From assembly GCA_902621165.1 (NCBI GenBank), contig CACNKX010000007.1, positions 1,581-65,580 on the forward strand: a DNA stretch of 64,000 nt. The letters run 5' to 3'. Each line of letters opens with the position of its first letter. Within the stretch, counting starts at the first letter, position 1. The position numbers and the translations under genes were made by a program. Positions 52,911 to 62,571 of the stretch are shown piece after piece. The DNA comes from an uncultured Alphaproteobacteria bacterium (GTDB taxonomy: Bacteria; Pseudomonadota; Alphaproteobacteria; HIMB59; GCA-002718135). The notes under the pieces are model-generated. The model was given only the letters and a program-made list of their open reading frames with translations. It was not told the DNA's origin and ran no database searches.

Positions 52911-53715
52911 AATAGGAATAATTGCTGGGGATGGTAATTTGCCCCTATATATTGGTAAATCACTATCAAGTAAAAATTACGATGTTACATTTTTATCTTT
53001 AAATAATAAAAATAATAAATTTTATAACAACCATCATGTTGTAGATTTAGATATTTTATCAGTAAAAAAAATCTTTAAAGTATTAGATTCAAATAAAATA
53101 AAACATATTATATTTGCAGGAAGTATAAAAAGACCTGGGATTAAAGATTTAGGTTTTGATTTACCAACATTGTTGCTTGCTAAAAATCTTTTATTAGAAA
53201 AAAAAGGTGACAATAATCTTTTAATGAGCTTGAAAAAATATTTTGAAACTAAAGGATATATTTTTTTTAATTGGACCAAATATTGCAAGGAATTATTTTC
53301 AACTGAAATAAATTTGACAAAAATCAAGCCTTCTAAAAATGCAATTCTAAATTTAAAAAAAGCAAAATCAATATATCATATTTACAAGAAATTAGATGTT
53401 GGTCAGGCTATGATAATTCAAAATCAATTAGTTTTAGGATTAGAAGCTATAGAAGGTACAGATGAATTGTTAAAAAGATGTAAAGAATATAAAAGAAAAG
53501 ATGATAATGGTGTACTATTTAAATTTTCAAAACAAAACCAAAGTAATCTAATTGATATTCCTTTAATTGGCTTAGATACAATGAAAAATTTAAAAAAATA
53601 TAATTATGAAGGTGTATTTTTGCAAAAAAATAAGTGTTTAATTTTGGATAAGAAAAAAATTACTGATTATGCTAGTCAAAATAATTTATTTATCTCATCA
53701 ATCGATCTAAATTGA
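52897..53715 (+). CDS. lpxI: UDP-2,3-diacylglucosamine pyrophosphatase
   Basis: IIAGDGNLP, DVGQA, EAIEGTD, K..Q...D.P.IG; between lpxA and lpxB. Confidence 0.9.
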   Translation: MKMTKIGIIAGDGNLPLYIGKSLSSKNYDVTFLSLNNKNNKFYNNHHVVDLDILSVKKIFKVLDSNKIKHIIFAGSIKRPGIKDLGFDLPTLLLAKNLLLEKKGDNNLLMSLKKYFETKGYIFFNWTKYCKELFSTEINLTKIKPSKNAILNLKKAKSIYHIYKKLDVGQAMIIQNQLVLGLEAIEGTDELLKRCKEYKRKDDNGVLFKFSKQNQSNLIDIPLIGLDTMKNLKKYNYEGVFLQKNKCLILDKKKITDYASQNNLFISSIDLN

Positions 53716-54839
53716 AAAAAATAAAAATTTTTGTTTGTTGTACTGAACAATCTGGTGAAAATATTTGCTCAAATATTTTATCAAGAATGAATATAGATAA
53801 ATATCAATTTGATGGAGTTTGTGGCAAACAATCCGAAAAATATATTTCTAATAAAATTTATGATTTATCAGAATTTAAATCTATAGGGCTTTTTGAAATA
53901 ATACTTTCAATTTCAAAATATTTAAAAATGATAAGAAAATTAAAAAACTATATTATTAAAAATGATTATGATTTAGTTTTAACTATAGACTCACCAGATT
54001 TTAATTACAACCTTATAAACCAATTAAGAAAATCAAATTATAATAATAAAATAATACATGTAGTTGCACCAACTGTTTGGGCTTGGAGATCATATAGGGC
54101 AAGGAAATTTGCAAATATTTTTGATGAAATTTTTCTATTGTTTAATTTTGAAAAAAAATATTTCAATTTTGATAATCTAAATAAAACTTTTATTGGGCAT
54201 CCAATTTTTCATATAAAAAAAAGAGAGAATAAAGGAAAATATAAGTATATTTCTTTTTTACCAGGTAGTAGACAAAATGAAGTATTAAAACTTATGAAAT
54301 ATTTCAGTTATATCGAAAAATATATATCTAAGAATAATCTAAATTATAAAATATTTATTCCAACTTTGCCTCATCTTGTCTCTTTAATTAAAGAAAATTC
54401 TAAGCAATGGAAAACTGAGACTATAATTTCAACTGATATGAGTAAATTTGATGAATATTATGAAGATGTTTACATCAGTATAACTTGCTCTGGTACTGCC
54501 TCTTTAGAAATTGCCAAAAGGAATATTCCTCAAATAGTAATCTACAAACTTAATTACTTCACAGAAATTTTTATCAAGCCTTTTGTAAGAGTGAAATATG
54601 CAAATCTCATAAATATTATAAGTAACCAAATGATTATTCCAGAAGTTGTTAACTCAAATTTAAATGAAAAAAAGTTATTAAATATTTTTCTAAATTTATT
54701 TAATGATAGAAAAAAACAAGAAACTCAAATTAACTCAATTAATTTGTACCTTAAAGAAATTGTTAATGATTTTAGTCCTTATGATGTGAGTGTTAATCGT
54801 ATAAATAAATTACTTAATCCTTCTTCCAAAGCCAATTAA
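53712..54839 (+). CDS. lpxB: Lipid-A-disaccharide synthase
   Basis: [36 protein letters not shown]; TTG start. Confidence 0.93.
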   Translation: MKKIKIFVCCTEQSGENICSNILSRMNIDKYQFDGVCGKQSEKYISNKIYDLSEFKSIGLFEIILSISKYLKMIRKLKNYIIKNDYDLVLTIDSPDFNYNLINQLRKSNYNNKIIHVVAPTVWAWRSYRARKFANIFDEIFLLFNFEKKYFNFDNLNKTFIGHPIFHIKKRENKGKYKYISFLPGSRQNEVLKLMKYFSYIEKYISKNNLNYKIFIPTLPHLVSLIKENSKQWKTETIISTDMSKFDEYYEDVYISITCSGTASLEIAKRNIPQIVIYKLNYFTEIFIKPFVRVKYANLINIISNQMIIPEVVNSNLNEKKLLNIFLNLFNDRKKQETQINSINLYLKEIVNDFSPYDVSVNRINKLLNPSSKAN

Positions 54840-56172
54840 AAATTGATTTTTTTTCTCTAGAAGACTCAACTTGATATGGTCTAGCTTTATAACCAGTGTA
54901 TAATTGACGAGGTCTACCAATTTTATTAATAGGATCTTCTATCATTTCTTTCCATTGAGATATCCATCCTACAGTTCTTCCTATTGCAAATAGCACTGTA
55001 AACATGCTTGTAGGGAAACCTAATGCTTTTAGAATTATACCTGAATAGAAATCTACATTTGGGAATAATTTTTTATTAATAAAATATTCATCTTTCAGGG
55101 CTATTTTTTCTAATTCTATTGCAATTTTAAGCAATGGATCATCTCGCATATTTAACTCTTCTAAAACCTCATGCGCACTTTCTTTCATCACAGTGGCTCT
55201 TGGATCATAGTTTTTATAAACTCTATGCCCAAAACCCATTAATCTAAAAGAGTCATTTTTATCTTTAGCTTTATCAATGAATTTTTGTATATTCGATACA
55301 TCACCGATCTCTTCTAACATTTTAATTACTGCTTCATTTGCTCCACCATGAGCTGGTCCCCACAAAGATGCAATACCAGCAGCAATACAAGCAAAAGGAT
55401 TTGCACCAGAAGAACCTGCCAATCTTACTGTTGAAGTGGATGCATTTTGTTCATGATCAGCATGTAATGTAAAAAATCTATCCATTGCTCTTATAATTTT
55501 TGGACTCACCTTGTAATCTTCTGATGGCACAGAAAATGTCATGTATAAAAAATTTTCTGCATAAGAAAGGTCATTTCTTGGATAAACAAATGGTTGACCA
55601 ATGGAATATTTATAGGCCATTGCACCTATTGTTGGAATTTTTGCTATTAATCTATGACAGGCAATCATTCTTTGATTAATGTCTGAAAAATCAGTACTGT
55701 CATGATAAAAGGCGGAAAGGGCGCCAACAACACCTACCATAATTGCCATAGGGTGCGCATCTCTACGAAAACCTCTGTATAAATTTACTAGTTGCTCATG
55801 CAACATTGTATGATTGGTTATTACATCTTTAAATTTCTGCTTGTCTTCAGGTGAGGGTAATTCACCGTGCAGTAAAAGATAACAAACTTCAAGAAATTCA
55901 CTTTTAGATGCCAAATCGTGTATATCATAGCCTCTATGACGAAGAATTCCTTTTTCACCATCTATATATGTTATTCCAGATTCACATGATGCAGTTGAAG
56001 TAAAACCTGGATCAAAAGTAAATAAACCTGTTTCTTGATAAAGTTTACGAATATCCAAAACATTTGGACCATCTTTACTTTCAATAAGTGGAATTTGATA
56101 CGATTTACCACTCTCATTGTTGAATAGAGTAAACTGTTTATCGTTAACTTTTTTATCTTCGTAATCAGCCAT
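54814..56172 (-). CDS. gltA: Citrate synthase (type II)
   Basis: [47 protein letters not shown]. Confidence 0.97.
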   Translation of the reverse strand: MADYEDKKVNDKQFTLFNNESGKSYQIPLIESKDGPNVLDIRKLYQETGLFTFDPGFTSTASCESGITYIDGEKGILRHRGYDIHDLASKSEFLEVCYLLLHGELPSPEDKQKFKDVITNHTMLHEQLVNLYRGFRRDAHPMAIMVGVVGALSAFYHDSTDFSDINQRMIACHRLIAKIPTIGAMAYKYSIGQPFVYPRNDLSYAENFLYMTFSVPSEDYKVSPKIIRAMDRFFTLHADHEQNASTSTVRLAGSSGANPFACIAAGIASLWGPAHGGANEAVIKMLEEIGDVSNIQKFIDKAKDKNDSFRLMGFGHRVYKNYDPRATVMKESAHEVLEELNMRDDPLLKIAIELEKIALKDEYFINKKLFPNVDFYSGIILKALGFPTSMFTVLFAIGRTVGWISQWKEMIEDPINKIGRPRQLYTGYKARPYQVESSREKKSIFNWLWKKD

Positions 56173-56174
56173 AT

Positions 56175-57575
56175 TTAATTATCTCTATATTGATTTAATC
56201 TATCAATAGTATCTTTTTTACCTAATATTACAAAAATATCAGAAATTGAAGGCCCTTGATAGGAATTTATTAGTAAAAATCTTATTGGTTTACCTAAAAC
56301 AGGGAATTTAATTTTATTATTTTTTAAAAAATCATTTATGACATTTTGAATATTATCCCTATTCCAATCATTTATTTCCATAATTAAATTTAAAAATTCT
56401 TTAAAAATACTATCAAATTCTGAGGTCAGTTTTTCTGTCTTATTTATTTTATAATTTTCATCAAAATAAATTTTAATTGTATCATGCAAATCACTTAGTT
56501 TTTTAATATCTTTTTTATAAACATTAAAAATATTTTTCATTTTTGTCTCATCTTTTTGTAGAAATTTATTTAATTCAACATCACTTTCACAAAAGTTTAT
56601 GAATTCTTCTATTCCGTTTTCTTTTCTTAAATAAAAATTATTAAAAAAATCTAATTTATCAAAACTAAATATACTAGATGATTTAGATAAATTTGATATT
56701 TCAAAATTTTCAATTATTTCCTCTAATTCAATAGTTTCTGATTTCTCTTGGTTATTTGACCAACCTAAAAGTATAAGATTGTTAATAATTGCTTCTTTTA
56801 AATAACCGTCTTTTTTTAAATCTAAAATATTTACGGCACCATGTCTTTTTGATAATTTTGTTCCATCTTCACCGTGAATAAGAGGAATATGAGCATATTG
56901 AGGTATATTCCAATTCATAAATTTATATATGTAGTATTGTCTAAAAGTATTAATAAAATGATCGTCACCTCTAATAATATAATTGACTCCTAAATCATGA
57001 TCATCCACTACTACAGATAACATATACGTTGGTGATTGATCTTTTCTTAGTAGAATGAAATCATCTAACTCTAAATTTGCTACTGTAACGTCTCCTTGAA
57101 TTGTATCTTTAATTTTTAAATTGCCTTCATCCGGTACATCTAATCTAACTACAAAACCTTCATCTCTACTTTGAATATCATTATCATTTTTACATTCAGT
57201 ACATATTTTTTTAGAATAATTTTTATTTTCTTTAATTAACTTTCTTTGGTTAGCTATTTTTTCTTCAGAACATACGCATTTAAAAGCTTGTTTTTTTTGA
57301 AGTAATTCTCTAGCAATTTTTTGATGCCTTAATAATCTTTTAGATTGAACTTGAATTTCCTCATCCCAATTAAGCCCAAGCCATTTTAAAGAATTAGTTA
57401 TGTTATCTGTGTACTCTTGTTTTGATCTTTCATGATCTGTATCCTCAATTCTCAAGTAAAATTTAGATGATGCTGATTTTTTACTTACAATATAATTAAT
57501 TAAAGCAGTTCTAGCACCTCCAAGATGTAGATTGCCAGTAGGAGAGGGCGCAAATCGTGTTTGTAAGATAGTCAT
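56175..57575 (-). CDS. gltX: Glutamate--tRNA ligase
   Basis: [32 protein letters not shown]. Confidence 0.96.
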   Translation of the reverse strand: MTILQTRFAPSPTGNLHLGGARTALINYIVSKKSASSKFYLRIEDTDHERSKQEYTDNITNSLKWLGLNWDEEIQVQSKRLLRHQKIARELLQKKQAFKCVCSEEKIANQRKLIKENKNYSKKICTECKNDNDIQSRDEGFVVRLDVPDEGNLKIKDTIQGDVTVANLELDDFILLRKDQSPTYMLSVVVDDHDLGVNYIIRGDDHFINTFRQYYIYKFMNWNIPQYAHIPLIHGEDGTKLSKRHGAVNILDLKKDGYLKEAIINNLILLGWSNNQEKSETIELEEIIENFEISNLSKSSSIFSFDKLDFFNNFYLRKENGIEEFINFCESDVELNKFLQKDETKMKNIFNVYKKDIKKLSDLHDTIKIYFDENYKINKTEKLTSEFDSIFKEFLNLIMEINDWNRDNIQNVINDFLKNNKIKFPVLGKPIRFLLINSYQGPSISDIFVILGKKDTIDRLNQYRDN

Positions 57576-57595
57576 CTAAAAATTAAGATAAACTA

Positions 57596-58222
57596 TTAAT
57601 TATATTTTCTTATAATACCAGATAAAGTACCTTGGACTTGTATTTCACCTGCTTCATATTCCTTTGTTTGAAAACTTTGATTAGCAGGAATTAACAAAAC
57701 CTTGTTTCGATCAAATTTAATAGTTTTTAGAGTAACCTCGTTATCTTGTGTAATCACAGCTGCAATTTTTCCATTTTCAACATTATTTGTCTTTTTTATC
57801 ACAGCAATATCACCGTCAAATATTCCTTTATCTATCATAGATAGACCTTTTACTTTTAATCCAAAATATTTAGCATTTGGCGATGTCATCGAAGAGGGTA
57901 CTGAAACAAATTCATCAGCATTTTCAATAGCTTCTATTGCTTCACCTGCAGCTATTGCACCAATTAATGGGATATTAATGCTATTTGACAAAGAATTTTC
58001 ATTATCAATATTATCTTTATTAATAATTTCCATTGCTCTTGCCTTGTGCTTTAATCTTTTAATAAAACCTCTTTCTTCTAGACTTGTTATTAATCTATGA
58101 ATACCTGACTTTGATTTCAGATTAACTGCACTTTTCATTTCCTCAAAAGAAGGGGAAATTTCATTACTTGAAATGTAATTTTTTAAATAATCGTATAGCT
58201 CTTTTTGTTTTTTAGTAAGCAT
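57596..58222 (-). CDS. lexA: SOS repressor LexA
   Basis: MLTKKQ, PSFEEM..KSKSGIHRL, IAAG cleavage site, catalytic Ser (GLSM) and Lys (TLK); start moved to ATG 58222. Confidence 0.95.
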   Translation of the reverse strand: MLTKKQKELYDYLKNYISSNEISPSFEEMKSAVNLKSKSGIHRLITSLEERGFIKRLKHKARAMEIINKDNIDNENSLSNSINIPLIGAIAAGEAIEAIENADEFVSVPSSMTSPNAKYFGLKVKGLSMIDKGIFDGDIAVIKKTNNVENGKIAAVITQDNEVTLKTIKFDRNKVLLIPANQSFQTKEYEAGEIQVQGTLSGIIRKYN

Positions 58223-58226
58223 TATC

Positions 58227-58241
58227 GTTCTATATATGTTC
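58227..58241. promoter_or_regulatory. Alphaproteobacterial LexA box
   Basis: GTTC-TATATAT-GTTC, exact GTTC-N7-GTTC, 4 nt upstream of the lexA ATG. Confidence 0.88.
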
Positions 58242-58246
58242 TTTAA

Positions 58247-58261
58247 GATCAAAACAAGAAC
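58247..58261. promoter_or_regulatory. Second, inverted LexA box (1 mismatch)
   Basis: GATC-AAAACAA-GAAC, one mismatch from GAAC-N7-GAAC. Confidence 0.65.
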
Positions 58262-58290
58262 AAATGTAAATATCTATATTTTTCAGTTAT

Positions 58291-58746
58291 TTAAATATTA
58301 GATTTACCACCTGTTTTCGAAACAAGGTGTATATTTTGAATTATAATTTTTTTATTTAAGTACTTACACATGTCATAAATTGTCAGACAGCTAATTGTAA
58401 CTGCAGTTAATGCCTCCATTTCCACACCAGTATTTGCATTTGTTTTTACTGTACTTTTGATAATAAAACTAAATTTTTTGTCATTTTTTATAACCTCAAT
58501 ATTTATGTGATTGATTGGAATATTATGACAAAGCGGTATCAATCTAGAAGTTTCTTTTGCTCCCATAATACCACCAATTATTGCAGTTTTTTCAAGATTC
58601 CCTTTTTTTGTCTCAAATGATTTTATTTTTTTAAATGTTTCTTTATCAAATTTAATTTCACCAGAGGCTACTGCTACTCTTTCTGTGACATCTTTATTTG
58701 ATACGTCAATTATATAAGGATTTCCTTTTTTATTAATATGACTCAT
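58291..58746 (-). CDS. moaC: Cyclic pyranopterin monophosphate synthase
   Basis: DVS.K..T.R.A.A, AKETSRLIPLCH, TGVEMEAL, TIYDMCK, KTGGKS. Confidence 0.94.
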   Translation of the reverse strand: MSHINKKGNPYIIDVSNKDVTERVAVASGEIKFDKETFKKIKSFETKKGNLEKTAIIGGIMGAKETSRLIPLCHNIPINHINIEVIKNDKKFSFIIKSTVKTNANTGVEMEALTAVTISCLTIYDMCKYLNKKIIIQNIHLVSKTGGKSNI

Positions 58747-59533
58747 TTAAAAGCAATTCTCCAATTTTCTTTTCTTTATCTTTAGATTTTAACAAACTTT
58801 CTCCAATTAAAAAATTATATATCCCTGTCGAATTAAATTTTTTTATATCATCAGAAGTTTTAATTCCACTCTCTGCAATTAAAATATAATCATTAATTAA
58901 ATTTTTATTCAAATTTATTGAGTTATTTAAATTGATTTCAAGACTTTTAAGGTTTCTATTATTAATTCCAATCACAGGGTAGTCTAATTTGATTGCTCTT
59001 TTTAGTTCGTCTTCATCATGGACCTCTATAATACAATCTAATTTTAATTCATTTGCATAATTTATAAATTCTATTGCTTGAGCGTCTGATAGTATTGATA
59101 AAATTAATAATATACAATCAGCTTGATAAATCTTACTTTCTAAAATTTGATATTTATCAATAATAAAATCTTTTCTTAAAATAGGTAAATTTGTTTTCTT
59201 TTTTACCAGCGATAAATGATCAATATTTCCTAAAAAATATTTACTTTCTGTTAAAATCGATAACGCTCCAACGCCAGATCTTTCATATAAAATAGCAATG
59301 TCTTCTGGTTTGTAATCTGAAATTATTTCACCTGCACTTGGACTTTGTTTTTTTACTTCGCCAATTATAAAATTTTTTTTATTTTTTTGAGCTGAAATTA
59401 ATTTATCTTTAAATTCACGTTTCTCTAATTTTGAGGAAATTAATTTTTCTAATGTTTTAAAAGAACATCTTTTTTTTGTTTCTTCTAATTCTTTTAATTT
59501 ATCTTCACAAATTTTTTGAAGTATATTACTCAT
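58733..59533 (-). CDS. trpC: Indole-3-glycerol phosphate synthase
   Basis: EVKKQSPSAG, SILTE, LRKDF, GINNRNL, AESG, LIGE. Confidence 0.95.
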   Translation of the reverse strand: MSNILQKICEDKLKELEETKKRCSFKTLEKLISSKLEKREFKDKLISAQKNKKNFIIGEVKKQSPSAGEIISDYKPEDIAILYERSGVGALSILTESKYFLGNIDHLSLVKKKTNLPILRKDFIIDKYQILESKIYQADCILLILSILSDAQAIEFINYANELKLDCIIEVHDEDELKRAIKLDYPVIGINNRNLKSLEINLNNSINLNKNLINDYILIAESGIKTSDDIKKFNSTGIYNFLIGESLLKSKDKEKKIGELLLNESY

Positions 59534-60527
59534 TAATTAGTGAGTTTACAAAATTTTTTGTAATTCCTTCTTCAATTGTTTTTTTTGCTAATTCAAAACT
59601 ATCTTTTAGATTATTTCTTAAATTGGATAAATATATTGCCGCTCCTGCATTTATCTCTACAATCATTTGAAATTCTCTGTAGTCGCCGTTAATCATTTTA
59701 TTAAAGCAATTTGCATTATATTCTGGATCTCCACCTTTTATATCTTCTAATTTAATTAAATCATAACCATAGTCTCTTGGATCAAAACTATATTCCAGAA
59801 CTTTATTATCTTTCAATTCATTAATTAGAGTATTATCTGATAAACTTATTTCATCTAAACCATCCAATCCGTGAACAACCATCGCTTTTTCAGAACCCAG
59901 TTCTTTTAAGCAGTTACAATGCATAGAAACTAAATCTCTTGAATAGACACCTAGAAGCTGTTTACTTGCTTTAGCAGGATTTGTAAGAGGGCCTAATAAA
60001 TTAAAAATTGTACGTGTAGCTAAATTCTTACGAACATTAATTACATTCTTCATGGCAGAATGATGATTTTGAGCAAATAAAAAGCAAAAATTTTTATTTG
60101 ATAATAAGTTTTCTAAATCTTCTACATTATTTGTAATCTTATAACCTATTTTTTCTAGCATATCTGCAGAACCTGATTTTGAACTAACCGAACGGTTACC
60201 ATGCTTTGCTATAGTAACGCCAGCACTTGCAGCAACTATTGCTGCACTTGTTGATATATTTAATGTGTCTTTCATATCTCCACCAGTGCCACAAGTATCA
60301 ATTGTATTTTCAGGAGAGTTTATTTTTAGAGATTTCTCTCTCATTACTTTGGCTGCACCGATAATTTCTTCTTTTGTTTCACCTTTTAACTTTAAACCAA
60401 TTAGTATTGATGTAATTTTAATATCATCTAACTCTCCACTCATAATTTTATTGAATATATACATACTCTCTTCAATATTCAGATTTTGTTGTTCGAGAAT
60501 TTTATTTAATATTAAAGTTTGATCCAT
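59526..60527 (-). CDS. trpD: Anthranilate phosphoribosyltransferase
   Basis: DTCGTGGD, NIST, KHGNRSVSSKSGSAD, RTIFNLLGPL.NP. Confidence 0.96.
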   Translation of the reverse strand: MDQTLILNKILEQQNLNIEESMYIFNKIMSGELDDIKITSILIGLKLKGETKEEIIGAAKVMREKSLKINSPENTIDTCGTGGDMKDTLNISTSAAIVAASAGVTIAKHGNRSVSSKSGSADMLEKIGYKITNNVEDLENLLSNKNFCFLFAQNHHSAMKNVINVRKNLATRTIFNLLGPLTNPAKASKQLLGVYSRDLVSMHCNCLKELGSEKAMVVHGLDGLDEISLSDNTLINELKDNKVLEYSFDPRDYGYDLIKLEDIKGGDPEYNANCFNKMINGDYREFQMIVEINAGAAIYLSNLRNNLKDSFELAKKTIEEGITKNFVNSLINE

Positions 60528-61096
60528 TATTTTGCTAAGTTTAAAAAGTTTTTTAAAATAATTTTACCCATATCAGTACCTATACTTTCTGGATGAAATT
60601 GTAGTCCAAATATTGGTAATTTTTTATGTGCAATACCCATTATAATCTTATTATTTGTTTCAGCAGTAATTAAAAAATCTTTAGGCATAGTTCTTTTATC
60701 AATTATAAGTGAGTGATATCTAGTTGCTTTAAATTTTCTTTCTACATTTTTAAATATAGAGTGTCCAAAGTGATTAATTGTATCAACTTTTCCATGCATG
60801 ATTTCTTTGCATTTAATGATTTTACCTCCAAAAGCTTGACCAATAGTTTGATGTCCTAAACAAATGCCAAGTATAGGAAATTGTTTTGATAATTCTGCAA
60901 CGATATTAAGACTTATTCCAGCTTCATTTGGTGTGCACGGACCTGGTGAAATAACTATTGATTTAGGTTTTAATTTACGAATTTTATTTATAGAAATCTT
61001 GTCATTTCTAAAAACAACAACCTTCTGATTTAAATCCAATAAGTAGTGTTTTACATTGTAAGTAAAACTATCATAATTATCTATCAGCAATATCAT
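60527..61096 (-). CDS. trpG: Anthranilate synthase component II
   Basis: IDNYDSFTYN, SPGP, GICLGHQ, RYHSL, QFHPES. Confidence 0.94.
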   Translation of the reverse strand: MILLIDNYDSFTYNVKHYLLDLNQKVVVFRNDKISINKIRKLKPKSIVISPGPCTPNEAGISLNIVAELSKQFPILGICLGHQTIGQAFGGKIIKCKEIMHGKVDTINHFGHSIFKNVERKFKATRYHSLIIDKRTMPKDFLITAETNNKIIMGIAHKKLPIFGLQFHPESIGTDMGKIILKNFLNLAK

Positions 61097-62571
61097 ATAT
61101 CGAATTTGTATGAATCCTCTGCAGCTGCCATTAAAGCACTAGCTTTATTCAAAATTTCTTGATGTTCATTTTTTGGGACTGAGTCATAAACTATTCCAGC
61201 ACCAGCCTGAATGTATAATTTACTATCTTTTACAAGTCCAGTCCTCAAACTAATACAAGTATCCATGTCTCCATTAGAATCAAAATAACCCATACAACCA
61301 GCATAAAAACTTCTATTTAAATTTTCAAGTTCCTCTATGATTTCCATCGCTCTTATTTTTGGTGCACCAGAAACTGTACCTGCTGGAAATCCAGCCATTA
61401 AAGCATCTAGAGCATCTAAATTATTATCTATTTTTCCCTCAACGTTTGAAACAATATGCATTACATGAGAGTAGTATTCTATAATCATCTTTTCAGTAAC
61501 ATTCACTGTTCCTTTTTTTGCAACGCGACCAACATCGTTCCTTCCTAAATCTAAAAGCATTAAGTGTTCTGCGAGTTCTTTGTTATCATTCAGTAAGTCA
61601 TTAGATAAATAAAGGTCTTCAGAGGCATTCTTTCCTCTTTTTCTTGTTCCAGCAATTGGTCTTATCGTAACTTTTTTGTTTCTTAATTGAACCATTAATT
61701 CTGGACTAGATGCAACAAGGCCAATTTTATCGAAGTTAAGATTTACAAGATAAGGAGATGGATTTAGTCGTCTTAACGATCTATAAAGATTGACTGCTTT
61801 TAAATTATATTTTGTTTCAAATCTCTGTGAAGGCACAACTTGGAAGATATCTCCATTTTTAATATATTCTTTTGCTTTATTTACAATTTTATAAAATTGT
61901 TCTTTCTTGAAATTTGATTTAAATTTTAATTTAGATTTTTTATTTTTCTTTTGCGCAGGTTTTAAAATACTTTTTTCTAACTTTTTAATTGTTTTATCAA
62001 TAAGTAATTTATTTTTTCTATAGGCTTTTTCTGCTGAGATTTTTTTACTTGGATACGTAACTGTCATAAGGGAAATAATATCTTTAATATTATCAAAAAC
62101 TGCGACAATTTTTGGTCTGATTAAAATTGCATCAGGTATTCTTATATTGTCTTTATTACTTAGTTTAATTTTTTCAATATATTGAATCATTGGATATCCT
62201 AGATATCCAACTAGTGTTGGGAAAGGAACGTCAATTTCATTATTTTTAAATTTTGAAATTTTTACAAGTTCTTTAAGACTATGAATTGGCTTTTGATCTA
62301 GTTTATAATCAAAATTATGATCCAAATATTTTATTTTTGCCTTACCTTTTTCAACTGTCCAAATTAAATCTGGATCACAACCAAGTAATGAGTAACGCCC
62401 TCTTTTACTTCCACCCTCTACTGACTCTAATAGAAAGGAATATTTTTCTGATTTACTAATTTTTAATAATGATGAAAATGGTGTTTCAATATCAGCAATA
62501 AGATTTTTTTTTAATATCTGAGGTAAGCCTTTATTATATTGACTTATAAAATTTTTTTTTTCTAGACTCAT
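61093..62571 (-). CDS. trpE: Anthranilate synthase component I
   Basis: FLLESVEGG, GDIFQVV, NPSPY, RPIAGT, EHLMLLDLGRND, AGTVSGAPK, QAGAGIV. Confidence 0.95.
   Translation of the reverse strand: MSLEKKNFISQYNKGLPQILKKNLIADIETPFSSLLKISKSEKYSFLLESVEGGSKRGRYSLLGCDPDLIWTVEKGKAKIKYLDHNFDYKLDQKPIHSLKELVKISKFKNNEIDVPFPTLVGYLGYPMIQYIEKIKLSNKDNIRIPDAILIRPKIVAVFDNIKDIISLMTVTYPSKKISAEKAYRKNKLLIDKTIKKLEKSILKPAQKKNKKSKLKFKSNFKKEQFYKIVNKAKEYIKNGDIFQVVPSQRFETKYNLKAVNLYRSLRRLNPSPYLVNLNFDKIGLVASSPELMVQLRNKKVTIRPIAGTRKRGKNASEDLYLSNDLLNDNKELAEHLMLLDLGRNDVGRVAKKGTVNVTEKMIIEYYSHVMHIVSNVEGKIDNNLDALDALMAGFPAGTVSGAPKIRAMEIIEELENLNRSFYAGCMGYFDSNGDMDTCISLRTGLVKDSKLYIQAGAGIVYDSVPKNEHQEILNKASALMAAAEDSYKFDI

Noticed and set aside
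58223-58252. ORF-track N-terminal extensions of lexA (also nuoB, nuoF, nuoI, rpsB)
   Set aside because: They overlap regulatory elements or upstream genes; downstream ATGs match the family N-termini
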